Shown here: positions 51,493-60,642 of the stretch, in pieces
How the letters are laid out: the number at the start of each line of letters is the position of its first letter
Numbering within the stretch: the stretch's first letter is position 1
Assembly (NCBI GenBank): GCA_963737905.1
Contig: CAVTUQ010000022.1
Span: 64,001-128,000 of the forward strand
Length of the DNA stretch: 64,000 bases
Source: an uncultured delta proteobacterium
Lineage (GTDB): Bacteria > Desulfobacterota > Binatia > UBA9968
Direction of reading: 5' to 3'
Notes under the pieces: generated by a model
What the model saw: the letters and a program-made list of their open reading frames with translations, nothing else
What the model was told of the DNA's origin: nothing
The model's database searches: none
Translations under genes and position numbers: made by a program

Positions 51493-53040
51493 TCAGTGGT
51501 AATACTGGCCGCCGCGGATGTTGTCGTGCGCGGGCAGTGTCGTCGTCGAGCCAGAGTCTTTTTCTTCCAATCGATCGAGTCCGTTCTCCAACATTTTGCG
51601 CAGCGCTTTGAGCGAGAGATTGGAGTAGCGCAGCGCCCGAGCGGCGGCGTTTTCCAGACGTTCTTTGGGGTAATGTTTATCGAGGCGCAGGATCCCCAAG
51701 CACGAGCGATAGCCTTGCTCAGGGTGGGCGCGACTCTCGATGATGGTTTGCACCAGCCGAGCGGTGTGGGGACCGGTCTTCTGCGCCCAGTGGATGAATC
51801 GGGCGGGACTCCATTCAGAATACTTCTGGTGTGCTGGCGGCATGTGTTCCTTGAGGGTGGTGTGTTGATGGGGCACATAGCTTCGGACATGGCTGGCCAC
51901 GCGTTCGCCTTTTCGGAAGGCCTCCACGGTGTGGGCGGTCAACCGAACTTGGAGCTTTTCGCCCTTCAGTTCATGCGGCACGCTGTAGTAGTGATCGTCG
52001 ACTTCAATGTGGTAGTCGATGCTGACGGTGGCGATCTTCCACTCGGCGTATTCGTAAGCTTTCTGTGGCAGTGGCAAAGCGTTGGGCTGATCGAACAGAA
52101 CAAAGAGTTCGCGGCGCGATTGTTTGAGTTTGCGCAGCGCTCGGTTATTCAAACGTTCCAGCAATTCACCAATGGCCGTATTGAGATCGGCCAGGGTGTA
52201 GAACCTGCGGTGGCGTAAGACGGATAAGATCCAGCGCTTGGCGATCAGTACGCCGTTTTCGACCTTGGCCTTGTCCCTGGGGCGAGCGGGACGTGCCGGT
52301 ATAACACAAACGCCGTAGTGGCTGGCCATGTCCGCATAGGTTGGATTTATCTCCGGCTCGTAGCGGCAGGCGCGACTGACGGCGCTCTTGAGGCAATCGG
52401 GCACCACAACTTTGGAGACACAGCCGAAGTAATCAAACGCTCGGGTGTGCGAGCCAATCCAATCCGGCAGTTGCTGAGTGAGAGAGGCTTCGGCGAAGGT
52501 GTAAGTCGAGGCGCCCCAGACGGCGACGAAGAGCTCGGTTGAGATCAGATCGCCGGTTTGCGGATCGACCAATGGTAGCCCTTCGCCATAGTCGATAAAC
52601 AGTTTCTCGCCGCCCTTGTGGTCCTGACGCATCGAGTAATCGAGCTTGGATCGGTAATCGCGATAGAGCTGACAGAACTGCGAGTACTGGTAGCCGTCAG
52701 GATGTTGTTCCCGATACTCGCGCCAGAGCTGATCGAGGGTGAGATTGAACTTCTTGTGGGCTTTGAGCTCGCGGTAGATGTAATCGAAATCCGGCAGCGC
52801 TTTGGCTGGTGCTTCAACAGAGACTGGGGGCGGAAACAGTCTTTGCTCCAACGCCTCTTCGGTTAAGTCTTCGGGCAAAGGCCAGGACAACCCCGCTTTC
52901 TGAGCCCGCTCTTGATAGTTTGTGACGGTGCTGCGGCTGATGTTTAAGCTCAGCGCCACTTGCCGCGTGTTCAGATGAGTGTCGTGGGTCAGACGCAGAA
53001 CATCTTTGATCTTACGCATGGATAACCTCGTATTGGCCAT
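51493..53040 (-). CDS. istA: IS21 transposase
   Basis: YSQFC, FIDY, VPDCLK, PRDKAKVE, HDNIRG..YY. Confidence 0.95.
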   Translation of the reverse strand: MANTRLSMRKIKDVLRLTHDTHLNTRQVALSLNISRSTVTNYQERAQKAGLSWPLPEDLTEEALEQRLFPPPVSVEAPAKALPDFDYIYRELKAHKKFNLTLDQLWREYREQHPDGYQYSQFCQLYRDYRSKLDYSMRQDHKGGEKLFIDYGEGLPLVDPQTGDLISTELFVAVWGASTYTFAEASLTQQLPDWIGSHTRAFDYFGCVSKVVVPDCLKSAVSRACRYEPEINPTYADMASHYGVCVIPARPARPRDKAKVENGVLIAKRWILSVLRHRRFYTLADLNTAIGELLERLNNRALRKLKQSRRELFVLFDQPNALPLPQKAYEYAEWKIATVSIDYHIEVDDHYYSVPHELKGEKLQVRLTAHTVEAFRKGERVASHVRSYVPHQHTTLKEHMPPAHQKYSEWSPARFIHWAQKTGPHTARLVQTIIESRAHPEQGYRSCLGILRLDKHYPKERLENAAARALRYSNLSLKALRKMLENGLDRLEEKDSGSTTTLPAHDNIRGGQYYH

Positions 53041-53230
53041 TCAACCTCCTTGGCTTTTTAAGCCAGGGAGGATAACAGCCCGGTTATCCAGCGTCGCTTG
53101 CTGGGTTAGCTCACCCTAAACAGGGGTGCCGATTTGCATCGGAACAGAGGAAGAGTGTCGTTTTGCCAGCGGAATGGGTGTCGATTTAGGTCGGAATACG
53201 CACCTGGAAGAGAGATTTAAAGAATCAGAG

Positions 53231-53458
53231 TTAACTGGCGAGCTTGAAAACTGCGTCGATCTCGGAAACCGCTTCGGGGCAATACTTTTTTGCCGCGTCA
53301 TAAAGGATTTCCGCCTCCGACCGATCGCAAACGATCAGATACTTCTGTATGGCCCTGATCTCGACGGCCTTCTTGAAAATAGGCCAAGGTGGAGAAGGCT
53401 GCTTGATCCGACTGAGAAACAACTGATGGGATATCGACGACAAAGAGATGACCATCAA
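53231..53458 (-). CDS. Small hypothetical protein (CD...CPE family)
   Basis: VCDRSEAEILYDAAKKYCPEAVSEIDA. Confidence 0.7.
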   Translation of the reverse strand: MMVISLSSISHQLFLSRIKQPSPPWPIFKKAVEIRAIQKYLIVCDRSEAEILYDAAKKYCPEAVSEIDAVFKLAS

Positions 53459-53508
53459 TACACCGCCTTATTAGCACACCCTTTATTCGTGCTGTCGTGT
53501 GAGCAGGA

Positions 53509-53859
53509 TCAGGCTGCTGGTTTAACGTCTATCTTATCGTTGACCGCAAGTCCCGGTTTTGCGCTCTTTGCTAACCCTATTGCTTTTTTACGTGCGGCAT
53601 GGGTGCGTACAATTCCTGACAATGTTACCTCATTTCTCACCGCGTCAGCGTTCACGCTAAGATAGGCTGATTTTAATTCCGGATCGGTTTCAAGTTTTGC
53701 GTGAATGGCGTTTTCTAAATCGGAGTCTCTCATCGAGGTGTTCAAGCGTTCAAGTTTGTGGATGGATGGACTTGCAGTTCCGATAACTGGTTGTCGACCG
53801 CGTTCGTCGCATCCTATGAACATTAAATTGAGCCCGAAGACCAAAATATATTTTCCCAT
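53509..53859 (-). CDS. BON-domain lipoprotein
   Basis: FIGC lipobox-like; DSDLENAIHAKL...VTLSG.V. Confidence 0.8.
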   Translation of the reverse strand: MGKYILVFGLNLMFIGCDERGRQPVIGTASPSIHKLERLNTSMRDSDLENAIHAKLETDPELKSAYLSVNADAVRNEVTLSGIVRTHAARKKAIGLAKSAKPGLAVNDKIDVKPAA

Positions 53860-54207
53860 AAGAGCGGTCCCTTTTTATTATAATCATACAAAGGATGTGC
53901 CAACTGTTAACCGATTTATTCCTAGTGAAGAGTTGGTGGTGATTTCTATAAAATTTTCCTGAGTATTTTCTCAGGCAACGTTCACTTCTACTGATATAGA
54001 AATTTCGGGGCCGTATTAAAATTACTGATACTTTGTAAGAGATTGACGCATAAGGAACCGAGTTCAGTGGCCTGAAGCGGATGGAAGAAGCCATTCAGCC
54101 GGTCAAATGATCAAGGCTTAGATTTTAGGGGATGGACTGGAGTAGTGGTGACAACAAAGCGTCGCTTGTAATGCTGCTGCTTAGAGTAGTAGTGAGAGAG
54201 TAAAATT

Positions 54208-54519
54208 CTACAGAGTGCAGGAGAGATCAAGGCTACCTATATCGGCAATGAAATGATCGCAGTGATTTCGTAATACGTTTACGATTTGGCTACAGAATGC
54301 ACGGTCATCGAACAACAAAAAGCCGAGATAGGATGAGCCTTCATAGCAGATCAGCAGAAAGCATTTAATAGCTTGCTGTAACTTAGATAATAGAACCGAT
54401 TTCAGAATTCCCACTTCGCCCGTTGGGTACTCCTCTCTTGGACCGTCGATCCAGATCCAAGTCGGGGGCCAACTAGGAAGCCCTCGATAGGACATCAGCG
54501 GATGGTCTCGAAATAACAT
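54208..54519 (-). CDS. Small hypothetical protein (WPPxW-GEVG family)
   Basis: SD AAGGAGG; MLFRDHPLMSYRGLPSWPPTW...GEVGIL...FDD..FC...IG.LDL. Confidence 0.75.
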   Translation of the reverse strand: MLFRDHPLMSYRGLPSWPPTWIWIDGPREEYPTGEVGILKSVLLSKLQQAIKCFLLICYEGSSYLGFLLFDDRAFCSQIVNVLRNHCDHFIADIGSLDLSCTL

Positions 54520-54960
54520 GCCGCCTCCTTGGTTTGGGCGCCGATAATTGTCGGCCCACACTTGCCGTGACCCGAAGCAGGTACACTTCGCTTCCCGTTG
54601 ACTTTATGTCGCGCCGTATCGTCGATTTGTTTATCAGAATGCGGCTGCGATTAATTTTCGTGACTTCAGACATGTAGCTTTTGGGTGTGATATTTGGGCG
54701 AGGGCTGTAGAAATGAGAAGCCGGGTTTCCATGCACATTTGGGCTCCCTTCCAGTCGGGCTCCCGGTCTCACCACTGACCCGGCGATTTAAAGCTCGGAC
54801 GTTTTTTTGAAGTTGTCTAGCCGTATATAATTTAGACGTAGAAGTCAGACGCTTCCGTCTTGTTCCCCCCGTCTCTGGTCACGATGACAGTGCAGACGTT
54901 GGTTCGTGCTATTCGTCATCGAGAAGTTGGAATCCTCCCCGCTACGTTTACGCCGGCCTG

Positions 54961-55215
54961 TCAGTCGCGTTGGGCGAGCCTCAGGGCTTCCTGAATGTCG
55001 CGGACAATCTCGGGGCAGTGTTGCTTGGCTGTTTCGAGAAGGATGCGCGCTTGATCTTGGTCACAGGGAATATTGTAACCTTCAAACAGCACCCCCTCGA
55101 CGGCATGATCAATTCGCGTCGCCTTATCGATGGCCTCACGGGCGGGAGACTCGGTAGGGATTTGACTCCGCAATTGCTCATAGTATCGAGGAGCGACTTT
55201 TATGAATATATCCAT
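54961..55215 (-). CDS. Small hypothetical protein (CD...CPE family)
   Basis: SD GAGGTG; PCDQDQARILLETAKQHCPEIVRDIQEA. Confidence 0.75.
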   Translation of the reverse strand: MDIFIKVAPRYYEQLRSQIPTESPAREAIDKATRIDHAVEGVLFEGYNIPCDQDQARILLETAKQHCPEIVRDIQEALRLAQRD

Positions 55216-55552
55216 CGCAGCACCTCACTTTGGTCGAGGGAGTGGACAGTTAAACAGTTCACAGCGGGTTTCCCAACTCTTGTTTATCTAAACGCATGAC
55301 GCACCAACAGACCAGCTTTTTTGATTTCGGCGGTTGTTCGCTTAAACACATCACGACTGGGCCACACAACGCTTCCCGAACCCTTGCGCCAAAGCCAAAT
55401 CACTGTTGAAAACTCATCCTGAGGAGCTAATGGCGGCTCACGCCGTTTCGCAAATCGTCAACTCAGCGAATTACGACGGGCCCGAGTGTATCCAACCGAT
55501 TTCAGATGACGAAAACACCGCCGGGCCGTCCTTACTGTGACGAGGACTTCTA

Positions 55553-55845
55553 CTAATAGCCCCTAGCCTTCATACACTTATCAAAAACCTGGCGTTTGTC
55601 GCCAGCGCCAGCAAAGGCAGCCTCACGCTCGCAATCGGACAAGTCCTGGTCACGACCTTTATTAATCTGACTCTTGGGGCTGTCGCTTAATCCTGACGGC
55701 TGCTCATTGACTGGGGGCGGTTGACTGACCGGGGCTGCTGAATGACTGGGGGTTGGATGACCGGGGGCGGTTGGATGACTGGGGGCGGCTGGGTGGCGCA
55801 TCCTGCCAGTAACATCACCGCTACGATTAGTGATCGAAACTTCAT
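55553..55845 (-). CDS. Lipoprotein with a QPPPVI tandem repeat (frame break within the repeat)
   Basis: MKFRSLIVAVMLLAGC; ~18-bp repeats; C-terminal DC...CMKARGY. Confidence 0.7.
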
Positions 55846-56099
55846 ACTTCTTAGTTTAGCACCCTTGACTCCCTCCGCTAGACGGCGCTATAGGTGTGGC
55901 CGCTTTTACGGAGTTCCATTCATGATGATCGACGACGATACCCTCAAGCAACTGGTGCGGATCAACGATGAACTGTTGCAGTTATGCAAGTGGCTGAACG
56001 AAAAACGCGACATGGAAACTTCATCCCGCCTTACACCACTCGTGGACGACCTGACGCATATTCTGATAGAAGCGGGCAAGAATAAATTACATTGATGCA

Positions 56100-56341
56100 A
56101 TGATGATGCAGCCTACAAGGGATACTTCATAACGAGCAGTGCGATGCCGGTCCATCCGTTTAGCCCGGACTGGTACGTTGGCGGCAGTGTTTTTGTGCCG
56201 GGTCGCTCTAGTTCAATCGTGGAGATCACGCGATTTCAGCTTCAGCGGTTCACCGTGAGCATCAAAGAACTGGCGGAATGGTTCGGGCTGGAGGTTGCCC
56301 GGATCGTGGTGGACGAATGCCTGGTTCCGCGACAGAATTGA
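56100..56341 (+). CDS. Small hypothetical protein (Y-G..W..AE..VD family); start uncertain
   Basis: YKGYFI...DWYV...ELAEWFGLEVARIVVD. Confidence 0.55.
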
Positions 56342-56642
56342 ATGGCAAGAGGCTGTTGAATAAGGGGGAGGAAATGAAAAAGTTGATTGCCATATTGCTT
56401 CTTGCTTTCGCTTCGGGATGTTTTCCAAGTTATCATCGTTCTTGTAGTGACCTTGAAGCAGACATGAGCGTTTTACTCGATGAGTTTTATAGCCATTGTC
56501 GCGGTCATAGCCAATGGGCCGATTGAAAGACGACACGATGAAAGCTGGAAAACTTGGGAGTATGCTGAACCGATTTCCTGCCTTTTTCTTTTATGGTTTA
56601 CTGCGCCCAGTTGACTGTCTATAGTTCAAGTGTAACGGCTAT

Positions 56643-57182
56643 TTGGGAATCGTGGTCCCCGAACGCAAGGTAAAGATAGCTGTGCAGGCGATCAATGGAC
56701 GGTGCTTGAAATGCGGTTATCAGTTGCCACTTCCGCGCCGAATTATTTATTCCCTTGCGTACATTATCCTATTGTTTGTGGGTGTGAGTTTTGCCACGTC
56801 ATCGTTGGCACAGTCAGGGGGACAGGCAACCCTAATTCTAAAGATCCCCGGGCTTCGCTCTGAGAAAGGACAGGTAAAAATCGCCGTATTCAATTCGTCC
56901 GAGAAATGGCTAGGCGAACAACCGATATACTCGTCGACGATTAACGTGGACAGTCAAACCGTCACATGGAGAATCAACGATGTTCCCTATGGGGATTATG
57001 GTGTCGCGGTATTTCATGATGAAAACAGCAACGGCAAGATGGATAAAAATGTTTTGGGGATACCTCTAGAGCCATACGGATTTTCAAATAATGTGAGGAT
57101 AACTTTCGGGCCACCGAAATGGGAAGAGGCTAAATTTACCGTCAAAGGTTCAAAGGCGGAAGTTTCGATAGGGGTGAAGTGA
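56643..57182 (+). CDS. DUF2141 family protein
   Basis: G.Y.VAVFHDENSNGKMD.N.LGIP.EPYGFSNN....FGPP.W. Confidence 0.9.
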   Translation: MGIVVPERKVKIAVQAINGRCLKCGYQLPLPRRIIYSLAYIILLFVGVSFATSSLAQSGGQATLILKIPGLRSEKGQVKIAVFNSSEKWLGEQPIYSSTINVDSQTVTWRINDVPYGDYGVAVFHDENSNGKMDKNVLGIPLEPYGFSNNVRITFGPPKWEEAKFTVKGSKAEVSIGVK

Positions 57183-57311
57183 AAAAGAGCCGCCGTTTGA
57201 ATCATACTTCTCGACCTGCCCAAAGGAGCAGCTCTATCCGTAGTAAGCATTGAATTGATTTCTCCATCGATCAATACCTAAGCCCCGTTGTCGTCGTCCG
57301 CTATCCTATCC

Positions 57312-57433
57312 GTGGAACCAAGTTGCTCACACATCGAGTTCACCGAATGGACGCCGGATGGTCACCTAAGACATTCAAAGTTTGTCGGGTTGAGGGAGGA
57401 TAAAGAGGCAGGGAGGTTGTGCGGGAGGGTTAG
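57312..57433 (+). pseudogene. ATP-dependent DNA ligase (LigD-type) C-terminal fragment
   Basis: VEP...IEFTEWTPDGHLRHSKFVGLREDK. Confidence 0.85.
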
Positions 57434-57530
57434 AGAACCGAATAAACGACGCTTCACAGTTTTACTCTCACGAGTATAGAAACGCAGCAGCGGAATCTGC
57501 TATCAAACAGGACGAGAAAGAGAGCTTTCC

Positions 57531-58397
57531 ATGACAACTCCATCGCAGCCTACGAGCAAATTCGTTACGGTAAACGGCCTGCGGCTGCATTACCTCGATT
57601 GGGGTAATGTCGGTGCACCGCCTGTGGTCTGCGTCCACGGCTACACGTCGAGTGCCCAAGCATTCAATGCGCTGGCCCGGCAACTCCAGGATCGCTTCCA
57701 CGTCATTGCTCCTGACGTGCGTGGTCATGGAGAGAGTGCGTGGTCACCTGCCGGAGAATACCAATTTACCGATCTAGTCAGTGATTTGGCAGAGTTCATC
57801 GACCAGTTGGGACTAATGCGATTCACTCTAATCGGCACCTCAATGGGCGGAATCATAGCAATGGCCTATGCAGGCGCACACTCGGAGCGGTTGTTGTGCT
57901 TGGTGATCAACGACATTGGTCCAGACGTGGAGGCCGGCGTCCAGAGGGTTACGCAAACGGTGGGCAGTAGACCAGAAGAGTTTGCGACCTTAGACGATGC
58001 AATGGCGTACCGCCGCCAAGCAATGCCCGGCATGGCCACCCGCAGCGTAGAGGACCAGCGGGAAATTGCGCTCGGCGTGCTTCGGCAACGACCGGATGGT
58101 CGGTGGCTATGGAAGATGGACCCGGCATACATCCAGCAGCGAATGAAACACCGTGCGCCTTACCTACCACGGCCCGGACTATGGCCTGTGCTTCAGCGCC
58201 TATCCTTCCCAACTTTGATTGTATGGGGAACGGAGAGTGATGTTCTGTCAGAGGCGCAAGCCCAACGAATAGTGAAGGTCCTGCCACATGGAGAGTTGGT
58301 GGCAGTGCCTGGCGTGGGACATGCGCCGACTCTTGTGGAACCCGTGACGATAGCCGCTTTGGAACGCTTCCTTAGTGGGCAGATTAAGAGCGGGTGA
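57531..58397 (+). CDS. Alpha/beta hydrolase
   Basis: VHG, DVRGHG, GTSMGG nucleophile elbow, GVGH. Confidence 0.92.
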   Translation: MTTPSQPTSKFVTVNGLRLHYLDWGNVGAPPVVCVHGYTSSAQAFNALARQLQDRFHVIAPDVRGHGESAWSPAGEYQFTDLVSDLAEFIDQLGLMRFTLIGTSMGGIIAMAYAGAHSERLLCLVINDIGPDVEAGVQRVTQTVGSRPEEFATLDDAMAYRRQAMPGMATRSVEDQREIALGVLRQRPDGRWLWKMDPAYIQQRMKHRAPYLPRPGLWPVLQRLSFPTLIVWGTESDVLSEAQAQRIVKVLPHGELVAVPGVGHAPTLVEPVTIAALERFLSGQIKSG

Positions 58398-58497
58398 CAG
58401 GTGACAGATAATGACGCTGTTATTGCGTAACTTCCCTATAAATCATCTTCATAGCGGACTTTCTAAAATCTGCGTCACCTAGTGTCACCCGTCACCC
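58392..58497. repeat. Imperfect 26-bp inverted repeat pair built from GGTGAC units
   Basis: GGGTGACAGGTGACAGATAATGACGC (58392-58417) versus GCGTCACCTAGTGTCACCCGTCACCC (58472-58497); 20/26 complementary. Confidence 0.65.
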
Positions 58498-58651
58498 CAG
58501 TCAAGCCCCTGCAAACCATAGCTTGACCACCTGGGCTAATTCGCCCGTCACTGTACCTCCTATAGGAATCAGCCGTCCTAACGCTTGTCACTTTAGGGAC
58601 TTTCAGAAAGTCTGCCCCTACATACGAACCTCTTATCCCCATTCTTTAGAG

Positions 58652-58667
58652 CGGCACTGGCGTTGCT
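58652..58667 (+). promoter_or_regulatory. Putative sigma54 promoter
   Basis: CGGCACTGGCGTTGCT upstream of the ATG at 58696. Confidence 0.6.
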
Positions 58668-58695
58668 TTCCTTCTCGGCGAAAACGGATAAGACA

Positions 58696-59043
58696 ATGCC
58701 CGAAGAGGTTTTCCTCGTGTTCATTGCTGCGTGCATCGGTCTTTGGCTAGTCCAGCTCGCTACCGAGTGGATTGATCGACGCCGCATAGCACGAGGAACA
58801 GTGATGGAGCGATATCGTAGTCACCTGATTCTTGTAAAAGCGCATCAAGAACCAGACACGGAGGATTGGAGAGCAAGCGTTCACGTTCAATTCAATGAAG
58901 ACACCCTAACCTTTCGAGACGTTCAGCTACCTGGATCGACTTCTTACTTTTCAACAAAGACAGCCGCCGAGAAGCGCGCCCTCAAAGAAGCTAGACGGTG
59001 GGTTGATCGTCGGCTTCGTGAAGCCAAAATATTTGGGCGGTAG
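58696..59043 (+). CDS. TM peptide fused to a Y..W..F-x-AE..WVD small domain
   Basis: N-terminal hydrophobic helix; ERYRSHLI...DWRASV...FSTKTAAEKRAL..ARRWVD. Confidence 0.65.
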   Translation: MPEEVFLVFIAACIGLWLVQLATEWIDRRRIARGTVMERYRSHLILVKAHQEPDTEDWRASVHVQFNEDTLTFRDVQLPGSTSYFSTKTAAEKRALKEARRWVDRRLREAKIFGR

Positions 59044-59259
59044 AGTTATCGTATGGAAGCGGTGACCTTCGGACTGGAATGAGCATACAGATCACAGAGG
59101 TCACAATCCATCCAACCAACGATGGTTTAGTCAGAGCCTAAGTGAACATGTCTTCGAAACTGTTTTATGGACCGCGTTAATCTTTGTGATTGTTCACTTT
59201 TAGACTGAACTCAGTGCCGAATCACGATAGAATTTGAAGCGAGAGAAGGGCGAGGATGA

Positions 59260-59478
59260 GTGTTAATGGAAGAACAATACAAAGGGGACGTTATCCGAGT
59301 CACAACAGAAAAGGATAACAGCGCATTTCCCTGGAAACCAATTTGCACAATACTGGATGGAGCATCACGCGAAGTTATTAAACAAATCGACTGGCAGCTT
59401 GGTTACGACACACCTGAGCGAACCGAGAAGGCTGGACTGATAATCTCAAAAAAATGGATTGACGCAGGGAAGCCTTGA
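59260..59478 (+). CDS. Small hypothetical protein (YKG..W..E..WID family)
   Basis: QYKGDVI...PWKP...YDT..RTEKAG...KKWID. Confidence 0.65.
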   Translation: MLMEEQYKGDVIRVTTEKDNSAFPWKPICTILDGASREVIKQIDWQLGYDTPERTEKAGLIISKKWIDAGKP

Positions 59479-59526
59479 TCTCTAAGCCTTTACGGAAGCG
59501 GTCGGGGTGCGGCCTACCTTCGCCAC

Positions 59527-59836
59527 CTAGAAAGTATACGTGAGATCCAAGCTACCGATCTCCGCAATGGAACCATTGCAGTAACTTTGCAGTAGTTTCG
59601 TTATTTGAGCACAGAACATCTCGTCATCGATAGCAAACAACCCATGTAAGATGATTCTTCAGAACGAGTCAGCAGAAAGCATCTATTCGCCCGCTGTATC
59701 TTAGACAAAATACCGATCTCAAAATTCCGACTTCGCCTTTTGGGTGTTTGTCTTCGGGGCCGTCTATCCACGTCCAGACGGGAGGCCAGCTGGGCAGACC
59801 TTTGTAAGACATCAACGGATGGTCTCGGAGCAACAT
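59527..59836 (-). pseudogene. Second WPPxW-GEVG family gene, frameshifted
   Basis: MLLRDHPLMSYKGLPSWPPVWTWIDGP...KGEVGIL; ends IAEIGSLDL. Confidence 0.7.
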
Positions 59837-60642
59837 AATAGACCTCCCTTGGTTCGGGCTCCCGGTCCTTGTTGACCCCCGGGATTTAAGTTCAGACTCA
59901 ACGATATTCCATTATGAATTGTTGCGCCATGTCCATCTCAACTCGTCGGGTACATGACAATACGAAAAGAATTTAGCGGGCGGTGTTTGGGGCTGAGAAC
60001 TTGCGTGACCGAGAGACCCGCTTGGCCACGCACGGGCTGTCCCACAAGGGTCGAGCCTTCACCAGCGCACCAGCTCCATCTCTTCGCCTTCGTCAACCAT
60101 TACGTCTTCATAACCGGCGATTCTGTCTTTTTCTTTGTATGATTTCTTTTCAATTCATTGGTCCCTGACGGCATAGACCAAAACCTTCACCACTGGATAA
60201 CCCCTCTTGACTCGTCGCCCCTGCAGGCGTATACACGACCGCCGTTTTCAACCGATAGCGGGGCTGTGCACCGGGCGCAAACAATGCGGTTTACGGAAGT
60301 TAGAATCTATTCAACGAACGAGGATTTAGAGCGAGGCATCGCAGAGTACTTCAACGCTGCCGGTCTATTCTCCCTGATAGTAGCAAAAGACCCAGATCCC
60401 GTGCGGATATAGGAAATGAACACGGTCGATTTAGAACGCCTCAAGGAAAAGGAAGACGCCGCAATCAAAATGATTGATAGCTGGCCGCGAATCTTTCAGC
60501 TCCTCGTCTACCGGCAGCTCTACGCTTTCGGTATCCGAATCAGCAATATCGATTCTGAGATTGAGAAAGAATTGAAAAAGGATGCCTGAGAAGTCTCAGC
60601 CGGAGTGTGATTCGACGCCTAAGAGTACTCCAATCGCAAACC

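Larger units (their letters stand above)
50511..53202 (-). mobile_element. IS21-family insertion sequence
   Basis: Terminal IR TGCGTATTCCGA at both ends with internal repeats; istA and istB; flanks TCTGGA and CCTGGA. Confidence 0.93.

Noticed and set aside
58488-58497. GGGTGACGGG match between the repeat motif and the tRNA-Ser(CGA) variable arm
   Set aside because: Only 10 bp and GC-rich; not enough to call a secondary att site.
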